57,119 bases of DNA, taken from positions 1 to 57,119 of the forward strand of contig JAQGDQ010001181.1 in assembly GCA_030141605.1 (NCBI GenBank), read 5' to 3'. The notes under the pieces are model-generated. The model had not been told where the DNA came from. It saw nothing but the letters and a program-made list of their open reading frames with translations, and did no database searches. Source of the DNA: Tubiluchus corallicola (taxonomy: Eukaryota; Animalia; Priapulida). Position numbers and translations under genes: made by a program. Of the stretch, positions 25,330 to 38,765 are shown in pieces; the first letter of the stretch is position 1, and each line of letters starts with the position of its first letter.

Positions 25330-25972
25330 TTACAGCACAAGAAAACCCTTCACTTACGTAAAGCTTAAAAAATTCACATTGAAATTTTATACCACTTACG
25401 TACTGCCTTTTTACGTGCAGGGCTTGCGTCGGCCGTAACGCTGTATAAAACTTGTAAATTTAAACTCCCGTTAGGCGCAGCCATTTTGAAGGTAGGTCGT
25501 TTGAAACAAGTTAAAAAAATAATCAGAGCACTCGTAGCACACATGTTACTAAGTAAAATTTTAAATTACTGTATCTTGTCAATAAGATTAAAAATACATT
25601 TTCGGCTAGCGAGTGGCGCACCCTGGAGGGTAAGCCATCCACATTTTACCAATTGGCACAAACATTTTAAATTATTAGTCTAGTTAAATAAGTCTTTCCA
25701 GTAGGTAAGTCACATGCTAAGCAATGCAGATTTGCATGGAGAATTTTTGGACATAATTTAACATTTCCTTTTCTTCCCCTGATTTACGTGGTGTAGTGAC
25801 GTCATGTAATGGCGGCTTGGGAACAGTATTGCGGGAGATTTAAAATGAGAACAAACAAAAATTCCTTTTAACAAGAGTACGATATACGCGTAAAATTGCT
25901 GTAAAATAGTATCATTTTTTAAGGTAATTTTTCTGAAACCTACTTCAGATACCCATTTTCTTGTCCTTTCAA
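25330..25972 (+). mobile_element. Kolobok-like MITE (mirror about 53235-53885)
   Basis: TIR-like cacaagaaaa ... ttttcttgtcc; colinear with 28792-29430. Confidence 0.75.
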
Positions 25973-27424
25973 AAGGTTTTCTGTGACTGCTTTAGCGGAG
26001 GTGAGGTGGTACAGTAGAATGGGGTGACACCGTGAGCACAGAAATACAATTCCTGAAATTAATTTAGCTGTTAATTTAAATGCAATAGCTGCTAGCGATG
26101 AGAGTTAGCTAGATATACGTTCTTCTTGAAGCAAGTCGGATTGTAGCAAATAAGGAAACAATATTACGGCAAGGAATTCCAGATATAAGCGATCCGAGGG
26201 AAAAATTGGTGAAACTGTGATTGAAATTGTGTCTGAAAACAGCAAAACACCCGCGTCGCATAAATTTGAAGTTTTCTAATTCATTTCGCTGATGAGGTAA
26301 GCCAATACGGGAAACCTTTCCTGAATTGCTGTCCTATCTTTGTGTTATTTTTTGCTTTAACTTTCCTATTTTACTTTCTGTGTTTGAAGCCAGGGTGCTA
26401 AGTTTGTAAACTTCAGCTGCAAAATGTAAAGATTAATTCATTTATTTCATAAAGCTACGAAACGAAATCCATTTCAAGATGACAAATTGGTAAATTAATA
26501 TAAAAAAATAAAAAGGAGCTAAAAACAAATAGGAAAAAAAATGGATACTACGTTGTCGAAATAAGAACTCACTTACATAACAACTATACGATGTGCACAT
26601 GCATTCCAACCACTAGTAAAACGTAGGGTTGTTACCTCAAATAAGCAGGTTTGAGGTCATGTGAACCAAGCTTAAATAGATGGCATCTGGGAGAGTAACC
26701 AGCTGTAAGGAACGTAAAAGTGATCATCCCAAGCCTTGCAAGTGCACCACAACGAGTTTTCCCTAACAAATGTAACTGCATAAACAAACTACACACAAAA
26801 CAGCGTGTGTGGTTGTGGGACGACACGAGGAAAGGACGACACAAAGACCTCTTTTCAAGGCAAATCAGAATCATGAATAGATTTCACACACCGTCTAGAT
26901 CTATTCAAAACACGACCAAAGTTCTTTTGACAAATAGTGGGAGCTAAAAATATCTGCACTGCATTCCAATTATGCTTAAACCAACCGACACCCATTCAGG
27001 GACTTGTAGATGCAAGAATGCCTGGGCGGGGGTGTAATGGAGGTGACAACACATGGTTGGACAACCAAAACACAATACTATCACAACCTAAACCAGCAGA
27101 AAAACACCGAGAATAGCTACATCCCAAAGAAACGTTCAAAGTCGCAACTTCCTTACAAAAGAGCAGAAAAGTGAGCTGATTTTTACTAGCACGACTGCCA
27201 CTTCACTATCATAAAAGAAAGACCTTGGATCACTCTGCTTCTTTCGTATTCAAGATTATCAAAACACAAGCCACATTCCGTGAAAGACAATGCACTTTCA
27301 TAGCCCTTCAGACCTCTTAAACGATAAGAACGAGGCGTGTAATACATACGTGTAGGGTTTGTAGCAGTGACTCACACGTCTCAGTTACACTCCAAAGTTG
27401 CCATCGTTGGTTTTCTTATATTCC

Positions 27425-28380
27425 TTAACGGAAAAGAAAGGGGAATTTTAAAGTGTATCCCAATAAATTTTCCATACAAACTTACATTACTTAACCCTTT
27501 CAGTCCCAAATTATTTTTTTAATAAGAAGAAATTGTTTGGCTTGGCACTTTTGTTCAGTATGTCCATCTTGTTTACACGTAATAATTATTTTTTCTACGT
27601 GTGCCAGCGTGCTAAATATAGCCTGTATCCCACGGGATACATTGGGATTCAATGGAAGCATAAAATGTGCTTCATTTTGCAACTGCTGATAATTTTTTAA
27701 GGTATTTAAGACATTTAGTATGCACGCATGCTGATCTGTACAGAGTCGTCTCTAAAGTACTGTACCTTGCGCAGTTTTTTATGCTATGTAGATTTTCTAG
27801 TTTGGTATTTTATCACCATTTTTAGTCTATTGTTATTGGCTTAAATCAAAATAACTATTAGCAGATCAAATAACTGTCAGTTTTAAAATTTTATTAATTT
27901 TAAAGGCAGAAAATGTTCTCGTATCCCATGGGATACAACGGGTATGAAAGGGTTAATATTACGTTTACCTGGTTCAAAAACTTATGCAATTGGAAAAGCA
28001 AATTCTCAATAAAACTCGCGTCACCTGAAAAACGTCACTCTACTGCCATCCCAGTGTGCACCACTGATTCACCAAAAAACACATTATTGATCTTACTTAC
28101 TGTATGAAGTAATTTGTACTTTTGTTTAGTTAGTGGAAAGTGTGCCACGAATGCTCTGATTTTTTTCAAACTTATGCATTGTTATCTAAACTTGTTTTAA
28201 ACGACTTTTACGGTTGAAATGACTGCACTTAACTGTCATCGCATCAACTTAAATTTACATTTTTTATACAGCAATGCTGCCAACGCACGCCCTAAATGCA
28301 ATAAGACACTAAATAGATCATACAAAGTTTCGGGACTAATTTTTTAACCTTACTCGAGAAGAGTGTTTCTTGTGCTTTAA
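27425..28380 (-). mobile_element. Kolobok-like MITE carrying a nested piggyBac-like MITE (mirror about 50828-51783)
   Basis: Termini TTAAcggaaaagaaa ... tttcttgtgctTTAA; shared core in reverse orientation. Confidence 0.75.
27495..27952. mobile_element. piggyBac-like MITE (458 bp)
   Basis: TTAA|ccctttcagtccc ... gggtatgaaaggg|TTAA; two internal palindromes gtatccca(c/t)gggatac. Confidence 0.9.
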
Positions 28381-28791
28381 CGCCTCCATTGAAATTGCCT
28401 CTAATAACTCGTTCGCCATTATACTTTCACTAATTATTAAAAATATGTGAAATAAATTTCGTTTTTTATTCCAAAGAAGAAATAAGAGATTCTTTCACAA
28501 AACTCACATTTTTATTCAACACCCAAATGTGTTCTTGGAAAAAGAAAAAGCGCTTTACTAAAAAGAGGACAGTACGGAAAAGCTCACAGGAGAAACTTCA
28601 CTATGAGTTTTAAAATTCATACTCACTTTGGACTGCATGAAGAAACTAACTTTTAAACACTGCTAATTCATTTGCTATATACATCGAGCCACACTGCGTG
28701 ATTAAAAGTTCCTTTTTTAACAGTTTAGAGTTCCTCTTCTAATTGAAATTCCTCCTTACTCCCCGCGCTGGGAAAAAACATCCTTTTACAC

Positions 28792-29430
28792 TTAAACCAC
28801 AAGAAAACCCTCCACTTACTTAAAGCTTAAAAAATTCGTCTCCAAATTTTATGCCACTTACATACAACCTTTTCGTATGCAGGGTTTGCATCGGCCGAAA
28901 CGCTGTATAAAACGTGTAAATTTAAACTCCCGCGATGACCGTTAGGCGCAGCCACTTTAATGGTAGTCGTTTAGTTTTGAACATTGAGTGAAATTTGATA
29001 AAATAATCAGAGCATTCGTAGCATACATGTTGCTAATTAAGTAAAATTTTAAATTACTGTATCTTGTCAATAAGATTAAAATACGTTTTTGGTTAGTGAG
29101 TTACCAACTGGCACAAATATTTTAAATTACTAGTCTAGTTACATAAGTCTTTCCAGCAGGTAAGCGAAATGTTAAGTAATATAGATTTGCACGGAAAGTT
29201 TTTTGGGTCATAATTTAACATCGTCTTTTCTTCCTCTGATTTACGTTTGCCTAGTGACGTCATGTAATGGCGCCGTCAGAACAGTATTGCGGGAGATTTA
29301 AAACGAAAACAAACAAAAATTCCTTTCAACGCGAATACGATATGTGTATAAAAATTGCTGTAAAGTAGTACAATTTTTTTAAGGCGATTTTTCTGAAACC
29401 TACTTCAGGTGCTCCTTTTCTTGTCCTTGA
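28792..29430 (+). mobile_element. Kolobok-like MITE (mirror about 49770-50416)
   Basis: ttaaaccacaagaaaa ... ttttcttgtccttga; family match to other copies. Confidence 0.75.
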
Positions 29431-30874
29431 ACCCCCCTCAAAACACCCCCTCCCCCCCTCCACGGAGGCGACAACTGCTCCAGTTTCAGAATCATTGCAC
29501 TGTAAGAAAAACTTTGACAACAATTCATTGCAGCTGTTGAGCTAGCTAGACTCTGGACGACAGACGAAAAAACTCAAAGCAATTTGTCAACCATGTTTCT
29601 CTAACAATTGCAGCTGTGAAGAGTCAACTCCTAGAAGCTTTAAAGGGTGTTGTCAACCAAACGGTGCTGACAAATGCACTTAATCCAGGCTGTAGCCAGG
29701 CAAAATCTACGTGTCAAAGGGCGCGGTCAACCAGACGAAATTCTCTTTGACAAGTGCTAAGCTGAGGCTAAACAACTGTCTAACAAAATTTCTTGGAGCA
29801 ACCAGGAAAAGTGTATTCTCCACAAAACCCCAGAGAAGACATTTCCAGTTAAAATGACGTAGTTTACTTATAAGTTATAAGTTTATTTATTTCCACTCTG
29901 CATCTAACAGCTATAATAAAAATACAGATAATTTCACTGAAGTAAATATAAATATAAATGCAATATTATCCAGAAATTACAAAAGAGATTCTTATGCAGC
30001 ACATGCATGTGCAAATTACATTACAGAATAATTTTGATGCATACAGTTTGAGCCTAAAAGCATAGCTTGACAGGCCAAACTGCATGTGGAAATCTTAAAG
30101 AAGTGATTAATAATTGAAATAATAATAATATATACATAAAAGTGGGGGGGAGTAGTGAATGAAAGATGAAATGGAGCGAGAACTAAGAAAAACTGTGATC
30201 ATGATTATAATATGTTCAGTAACCTGTTGAGCTTAGTCACGTTTTATTAAGATTACTGTCGAAAAAGAAAAAGAAAGTAATTAGAATACAGTAGATAAAA
30301 CTATCTATTTAAGAACGCCATTAGCTGTGTACAGCTACCAGCAAAGCAGCCTAAACACTCGACTGCAAGAGAAATTCCTCTGCCCGCAATTATAATCGTT
30401 TTAAAACGACCCACGCTCAAATGCCAGATGACCGTCGGTCAAATACCAAACTTGATTTACAACATGCACACGAGTGGCCGGACATTTGAAACATGTGCTA
30501 CTGACCGCTGCCGAAGTTCCAGTTCTCACGAAGGCACGCAAAGGGGTAATTTGAGCGACCGCATCTTGTAAAATTGAAATCAGACAAATAAACAAGCTCT
30601 CTTCCGAGGGCTCAGTAATGTTTACGCGAACTTATCAGAGAGTTCCCTTAAGTCTCTAACTAAACATCGTCATAACTACTGGTTCCTTGTACTTGAAAAC
30701 ACAATAAACAGGTTGCTTTGTATTTAGCATTATGCCAAGTTCACGAGTTAATTGCATTACAGACAAGGACATCTTGAAGTAGAAAAACATTTGCTATAAA
30801 ACAATGTAGGAAGCAAATAAGAATGCGTGCTCGTCTGAATCAGTTCAAGATTTGCGAGTAGGAAGGCTGCCTTT

Positions 30875-31210
30875 AATAATAACGACGATGACGACGATGA
30901 TAATGTTGATGGTAGTGATGAAAACAATATGAAAAACCTCCAGTGTCCTTAATAGCAATAACGACGATGACGACGATGTTGATGATGACGATAATGTTGA
31001 CAATATTAGTGAAAACCAATATGAAAAACCTCCAATGTCTTTAACAGTAGTGGCGATCATGACGATGATAATGACGATAATGTTGATGAAAGTGATGAAA
31101 ACAATATAAAAAACCTGCAATGTCTTTAATAGTAATGACGACGACGATGATGATGATGATGATGATGATGATGGTGGTGGTGATAATGTTGATGACCAGT
31201 ATGAAAACGC
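30875..31210. repeat. (GAT/GAC)-rich ~85-90-bp tandem repeat, ~4 units (mirror about 47995-48325)
   Basis: Repeated gataatgttga...gatgaaaacaatatgaaaaacctcca.tgtc. Confidence 0.85.
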
Positions 31211-32240
31211 ACACTATGTTAATGTAAATGTTATACTATGAGGGAAAAACATAACAACTGAATTTAGGCAGCGCTGAAGCTAATCAGTCAATGGATGGGT
31301 AGCTGTCAGTGTGATACTTGCCACAGTGATTCTAGTTGTTTAACTCATAGCGAGAAGACACACTTACACACGAACATAACTTTAACACCTCTGCTGGTGC
31401 ACTGTCTCACGTTGGGGACAAAACATTGATAATTAGTCAGGATCCAGTCCCGCCACAACCATGAACTTTGACAAGGCCCTGACACTCACAGTACAAGGCA
31501 CATTTATGACTATTACACACAGAAAGCACGAGAAAACAACAGGTGTCATTGTTTAACCATGGCTTAGTAATCAGTAATAAGTGACATTCCAGTGGCAAGA
31601 GCGGTAACCTTCCTGAAGGCTTTTCAGCCCCTAATCCACAAAAATGTTCGGCAAACAAACAAAAATGAACAGACAAACACTGCAAATATGAAAGACTGCA
31701 GCCTCTTTGCAACCTGACTGACAGCACAGTTGCATCAGAAGATCAAAAATCGCCCGAAACAGGAAAAAAACGGTTTTTCCAACATCTCCAGTTACAAACT
31801 TCAGTCTAACAAGATTAGGGATGGGGTTATTGATTACGTCATTCAACACGTAGACACACGATACCGCGCGAAGTCGAGAAATGCGCAATTAAAAGCAATC
31901 GAACAAAAGCGCAGACGAAAATCATTAAAATCTGCTTTCTGCCATTCAATCTATGAAGGATAATTAAAGACGATCCCTCTCAAAGTTGATCTTTCGTTGC
32001 GAATTTTGAAATCACTGTTCTTCATTCAGTCTACAGCTACAGACTACAGCTGTTTGTACACTGCAAACTGACTAGGCTTGTAAAAAAACAGCTAACAAAA
32101 ACCCCGCCGCGTATTTCCATTTATTTATTTAGCGAATAAAAGGCCATATTTGCGCTAGCATGCTGTACTTGCGCGCGAAAAGTACCGACAAGTACGGAAA
32201 CCGGCAGTGTGGTCCTGGGGCCCAAGTTTACAACACTTAC

Positions 32241-32385
32241 ACGGTGAGCCCTGAGTCAGGACCCATTTCTGACTCCTTACACTCGTCCTGTCTAGCATAG
32301 ACTAACATGAAAATGCAAGACTGATATTAGAAGTTCGCGAAGACAAACAACAAAAACTGCCATTTTGTCATTTATAACTTTTCTA
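32241..32385 (-). promoter_or_regulatory. Candidate promoter/first exon of the PHLDB-like gene
   Basis: Minus strand: ttataaat, YY1-like caaaatggc, donor CGT|gtaagt at 32240, CpG-rich downstream; ATG at 32298 gives MLDRTSVRSQKWVLTQGSP in phase 1, compatible with the 9541 acceptor. Confidence 0.35.
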
Positions 32386-32563
32386 AAAAAGCTGACAAAT
32401 CGCTGACGGTATTCTGTGGGTCTCAGAAGCCAGGACAATGGGTCAGCAGTCTTTGGAAATCTCTTACAGTAGACTACAGTAGACTCCATTTACCGGGCAA
32501 ATATCATTAATAGCAAATTACCTCTTAGCTCCATGTCTACCTTGGTGGAAGTTTACTAATGGC

Positions 32564-32919
32564 CAGGACCTATTTCAGCCTAAGCTAGGCCCGGGGAAGT
32601 GGGGCGTGTGAGGCCCCCTCGGGTTTTGAATTTTCGAACTGCTACAACGCCGGAGAAGCATTTTCGAAGAGAAAATATGGAGGTATACAGTTGTTAAAGG
32701 AAAAAACAATTGAAAGAAAAACTGCTTTATTCTCAAGACCAGTCCTTAATACTTGTCAATACTGGCAAACAGCGCGCGTGCTGCAAGAGAGAGAGAGAGG
32801 AGGCAGTATGTTCACATAAAGCAAAAAATGTTACATTGGCGAGAGGCCCCCCTGGAGGGTGACGCCCCGGGGATGTATCCCCACTTACCCCCCCCCCCCC
32901 CCCCATGAAATAGGCCCTG
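32564..32919 (-). mobile_element. hAT-like MITE, same family as 16863-17320
   Basis: TIR caggacctatttca / tgaaataggccctg; 8-bp TSD ctaatggc at 32556-32563 and 32920-32927. Confidence 0.92.
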
Positions 32920-35332
32920 CTAATGGCTAACATTTCTAATAAGAGTTAGAAGTCGATACACAACAGACACAATGTTATCTATATTATTTATAACATAAGA
33001 GATTTTAAGGCGTTTTATGAATGGCATAGACAAATTTCTATCTTCAGATATTGGAGTGTGCGCCCAACGAGCTTGTTTGAATACCAATAACCTTACGACA
33101 AACCATTCACAAAGTCCTGCTCTCTTACGATTCAATTTAAACAGATTACCTGGCTAAATCACGGTAGCCATCACTGAAAGAGATTCGTGTGGCAGCTGAT
33201 CTCCTTATTAACCTAGATTTTAGTTCGACGGTGCTTCGCTGTAACAGATACCACTTGAGTGGGCAAAATCTTTGGTTTGTATTTCCGACCAAACCAACAA
33301 AAACAGCTTTGTCAAAACACTAGAATGATCAATACAGTGGCGGTGAGGCTTAGTTATGAACGGTAATAAGGCAAAGACTAATAACTGGAGCCGTACTGCC
33401 GAGCGAGGCGTCTTGAAGAATGCGCAAAAATCAATATGCAGCTGAATCCTGTATTTGGGTGTGTTTCTCTCTCTTGCTACTACGATTTCAAAACAAGGCA
33501 AACAATGCTAACAAGATTGATTGTGGTCAAAAAGGACTTTATTTTATTCAATTAAGCCTTAAAGTCAAACTAAACTCTCACTATAATACAAGCTTTTATC
33601 ACCTAAAGTCCTACTCTCATTACGAATATTCAATTAATTCCATTATAAACTTACTGTAAAACTTGTTTCTTTGACTTTTTTATCACTTCGTTGTTAGCGG
33701 TATTAAATTTGAAGAACCGCCATTTTTCGTTGCGCGAGACGAATGACGTAATGAGTGCAGTCACGATGTCACCAAAGATCAGTAAACAAACATCGGTAAC
33801 CAAAGACGCTTTCTGTACCTCGTACGTTGCTGTGTTTTGTTTCTGTCATTGTTCATTAAATAAACCCTCACTATAATGTAAGCTTTTACAACTTAAAATG
33901 CTACTCTCATTAGGAATATTCAATTTATTTTATAATAAACTTACTGTAAATCTTGTTTCTTTGACTTTTTTATCACTTCGTTGTTAGCGGTATTAAATTT
34001 GAAGAACCGCCATTTTTCGTTGCTCCAGACGAATGACGTAATGAGTGCAGTCACGAGGTCACCAAAGATCAGTAAACAAACATCGGTAACCAAAGACGCT
34101 CTCTGTACCTCGTACGTCATTCTCGCTCGCTCGCGCCAAAGACACGAACCATGGCGATCTTTTCGGCAATGCACGTGTTCGAGATTCACCAGAAAAAGGT
34201 AAGTTATTTAATTTATAAGTTTATTTTGTTTAATAATGACTATGAATTCTTTGGGAAATCATAAGGTGTCAAAAAACATCAATGTCTGTTGGAATTACAT
34301 AGGCCTTTTAGCAAATACATAAAGACCAAGATGGTAACAAACTATACGTGGTCGTCTCTCGGATGACTTTTGAAATTGCCAAATGGTGAAAACTTGATGG
34401 TGAATGTTGAAAAGTGATGAATGAACTAGATGGTTTACCCGAATGAAGTGAGATCCATGTTGGTTCTAACTTATGGCACAAACAACTTGAAGTTTCACAA
34501 AGTTGTCCCGCAAAGGAAATTGTCAAATGGTGAAAACTTGATGGTGAATGTTGAAAAGTGATGAATGAACTAGATGGTTTACCCGAATGAAGTGAGATCC
34601 ATGTTGGTTCTAACTTATGGCACAAACAACTTGAAGTTTCACAAAGTTGTCCGCAAAAGACCCTGTCAAGTCCGAAAAAAGCACCAATTATTTTCCATGC
34701 AGAACGAATTACGTTGTGTAAACGTTATTAGGAACATGTCAACAAAGGAGCGGAAGTAAATATGCAGACAGCTATTGCCATAGGTAAAATTAATTAACAC
34801 GTGTCAACGCAGATAACAATTGCCAATGGGGGAACTAATTAGTTAATGTCAACCATTCACTAGCATCTGCTTTCTTCAGTTTCTTGTACCATGAGACTGG
34901 ATGCCTTTTACACATATTAGGTTTAATAGTTTCTCACTGGTCAGCCTATTGGTCCTTTCTTGTTAACAGAAGCATGAATGGCAAAGATCCTCTGCGCACA
35001 ATAGGCCTAAGCAGTTTTTCACTGGTCAGTCAGTCAGTCGGTCAATGTCATTGCTTTCCTCAGTATATGTTTCTGGACAAAACCTTTTGTACACATTGGG
35101 CCTATGCAGTTTCTCAGTGAGTCAGTCAGTCAGCCAGCCAGTGTCTGAGCGTCATTGCTTTCCTCAATGTCAACTGGTCAAGATATGATACTAAGTTTAT
35201 ACACTGTTTCTCGCTTGATTAGCACTATACAGGCATTATTAGAGCCATGTCATCCCAGTCAGTTTCTTCAGATTAGAGGTGCTTCAGTCCTTCTGTGGAT
35301 TTAAACAACTAATTCCATTTCACCAGATGGTA

Positions 35333-35680
35333 CAGTCTAGTCACTCTGGTGGCAACGCACCCGCTTTCCATCTGGGAGATAATGAGTTCGATACTGCAAT
35401 CTAATCATACTAAAGACTTTAAAAATGGTACCTGCTGTTGCCCTGTCTGACGGGTGGTATTTAGGGTAAAAGTGGGGAAACTAATAATCTCTGTTACGTA
35501 GGTGTGGTTTGTTATCTACAGTCAGCAACAAAAGCCTCATGGCAGGCTTGTGTTGTCTGATGAACTTAAAGCAGAGTTTAAATAAATGTTATTAGCCATT
35601 ATTATTATTTTTTATTATTATTATTAGTATTTTTAGTATTATTATTATCATCATCATCATCATCATCATCATTATTATTA
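35333..35680 (+). mobile_element. tRNA-derived SINE with a MetaSINE-like core and (ATT/CAT)n tail (mirror about 43735-44065)
   Basis: B box gagttcgatac followed by catactaaagactttaaaaatggtacctgctg; superfamily assignment is from memory. Confidence 0.6.
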
Positions 35681-36687
35681 CAGAAAAAATCTAATTGACA
35701 AAAAACAACAGGCAGCTTCTTTAGTGACACATGGTAATAATTAATATAAAACTATCCTTTTTAAGCAACTCAGCATTATCACCTACAGTATTTCAAAATT
35801 TTGTCATAATTATCCCAAATCTTTTACCACCTTCTGCTTAACAAACCACTAAACCTCTTATTTCATCTTCAAGCTAATTAACGCTGCTCAGAGTGTTAAC
35901 TCAAAATCTCAGAGCAGCAGTGAACCCAGCCTTAGGTGACGTCTCACCGAACCCTGCTGTGTAAGTAACCACCACATCCAGGAAAAAGCAACACTGGAAA
36001 TAATAATGAAATCCCTCTTGTAACCGCTCCATTTCCCATCACACAAAGGCAAACAGGTTCTGTAACTTCTGTTACGTGCATAATCCGCATTAGACGTTTA
36101 TAAACTTGAATTGAATAATAGACGTATTTATTTTAAAATCAACAACTTGAAAAAAACTGACTAGCCTTTCAAGTCGGATTAAAATTGTGATTGATTGGGC
36201 GCAAAACCAATTTTCTTTTCACCTTTAGCCTGTGTGAATATTCTCAACTTCTGCATGCGGGAATTCATTAGAAATTCATCAGTCTACAAAAAGGTGTGTA
36301 GTTTGGACAACAGTATAATCTTTTATCAAGATCACCTGTACATATAGATTACACCTGTATGTATATTTCACTAAATAGGATACCACCTGTATGTAAATCA
36401 GATTAAAATGTATTCACAACTATATTCACTTATATTCGGATCTGTTATCAAAGGGTTTTGTACTACAAAAGTTTATACATATTTGTTCAATTGTTAGCTA
36501 CAGTGCTCGTGCTTACTCACAGAGACAAGTTCTGCTAATTGAGGTAAAGATCTGCTAATTGAATTGAATGGATGTTGATAGCTATAAAAAACTATTCGAT
36601 AGATCATAAGGATTCTAACAGATGCAATATCTGTTCAGTTATTCAAATCAAAAATGCTACACTGTTTACTTTACTACACTTTTTAGG

Positions 36688-36820
36688 TGAGTGTGCGTGT
36701 GCGTGCGTGCGTGCATGTGTGTGTGTGTGCGTGCGTGCATGCGTGCGTGCGTGTGTGTGCACGTGCATGCGTGTGTGTTTGTGTGTGTGTGTGTGTGAGT
36801 GAGTGTGAGAGTGAGTGACT
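36688..36820. repeat. (TG)n/(TGCG)n microsatellite
   Basis: Directly visible; longer mirror copy at about 42385-42738. Confidence 0.95.
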
Positions 36821-38159
36821 GAGATTGTGAAAGAGATCATTTAATGCACTTCTGATTTGTTTCTTAAATTTCAAATTTACCATTAATCTGGGCAGCACCA
36901 ACACAAGATTTTCTTCCTGGTGTTGTCCAGAGGCATACCAGTAGTCACAATAAAAATTATACGTATATTACTGTTTTTTCCTTTATAAAATTTGCGTTAA
37001 TTTAATGCTTTTTGTAAAAATTGCTCATTGTATGCTCATGGTAAATCTAGCAATAAATTCTAATCCTTAACATACATATTTCGTAAAATAACTTTAGAAA
37101 CATTTTCCCAGGTTGCAAAGAGCTGGAAGTCATCCCTAATGCATGTCAAACTTCAAGTCAACTTAATTTCACGTTTTATGTACTGCAATTTGTCACATTG
37201 TAATTTCCCACTCCATCAAATCTTGAATGACCTCTGTGACCTTAAAATAACCCAACATTTGGCAGTGACAAAACTTTCACATGCAAATTTATGTTTTCTC
37301 AAACACCCCGTACAATACGAGCAACAAGTAGTTTTCAAATTTCTTGCAAAATTATGGAACAGCAATTATCGAAAGCATGTTATTGTTGCTGAGATATTGG
37401 AACTGCAATTAGAATAGAAACCACATTAGTAATTGGAACATAAGAAATTGCGAATGCCTAATTTACGAAGCCATATAATTTTCGTTCATTTATGAAAACA
37501 CGGATAATTATTCAACATCGTATCGTGGCCTACTGTAAATTTTGCTAATTTAGACATTTTTTCCGATTTCTAACCCACAACATTCACCTGCTACTCAATT
37601 TACTAAGACTTCATTCCCAAAATAATATATAACTAGCAAATGCCCCGCAAAAAATTTTGCGTATAAACACACGTATAATCAATAATACGCAAACATCCTA
37701 CCAAGTCCACATTTATAACACAAAGCCCGTAACATCCTGCCTACTGTTTGTTTAACTAACGCAAAGCCTGTAGCAACTTTTACTGAATTGAAGTTATAAG
37801 GTTACAGACAGAATACAATGGATGACGTCATAACAATGCCTTTGCGTCAGCAGCTTCTTTTCATTAATTTAATCATAGATTGGTTAGCTGACTTGATGAC
37901 AAATTGGTCCCTCTCTCCTACCCTTCCTCCTCCTACACCCCCTGTAATTCATCTTCTGACTTCTTCGCACTTATACAGCTCTCGAATTTTATAATAATAT
38001 ATGTAATTAATTTTTGCTTTCACCCTGTGCAATGTGAATTTTGAGGAGAAAAATAAAATTGTCTATGTCCATGTTCATGCCCAAAACTGCAAGAAGAGAA
38101 GTGGAGCGAATAACGTGAAGAAAAGGTAAGAATCCTCTGCGAAAACCGATAGCAATGCC

Positions 38160-38765
38160 CACACATACACATACACATCCAAACATATACACATTCAAAC
38201 ACATACACATATGCATTCAAACACATACACATTCAAACACACACGCACACATGCACCCACGCACACACGCACACACACGCATACAAACACATACGTATCC
38301 AAACACATACAAACGCATAAAAACACATAGACATACGCATCCAAACACATACACATACGCATTCAAACACATACACATTCAAACACATAGACATATGCAT
38401 TCACACACATACACATTCAAACACATATACATACACATTCGAACACATACACACGCATTCAAACACATACACACAGCATTCAAACACATACTAGTACGCA
38501 TTCAAACACATACACATACGCATTCAAACACATACACACACGCATGCAAACACATACACACACAGCATTCAAACACATACACACACGCATTCAAACACCT
38601 ATACATGCGCATTCAACCACATACACACAGCATTCAAACACATACACACACGCATTCAAACACATACACACAGCATTCAAACACATACTAGTACGCATTC
38701 AAACACATACACATACGCATTCAAACACATACACATACGCATTCAAACACATACACACACACAGC
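38160..38765. repeat. ~16-22-bp satellite (cattcaaacacatacaca) at the inner end of the left arm
   Basis: Directly visible; source of the His/Thr-rich ORFs. Confidence 0.95.

Larger units (their letters stand above)
22089..38765 (+). repeat. Left arm of giant inverted duplication
   Basis: Reverse complement of 40436-57119; paired identical ORFs such as 22125..22352/56856..57083, 26632..26874/52334..52576, 31730..31963/47242..47475. Confidence 0.99.

Noticed and set aside
30401-31963. Duplicated short ORFs (64-96 aa) as genes conserved between arms
   Set aside because: Their identity only reflects the duplication; no recognisable domain, and several start at non-ATG codons
32488-32504. 17-bp exact match (atttaccgggcaaatat) to the exon 4 donor region at 2526-2542
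   Set aside because: Similarity does not extend on either side; compatible with chance in AT-rich DNA
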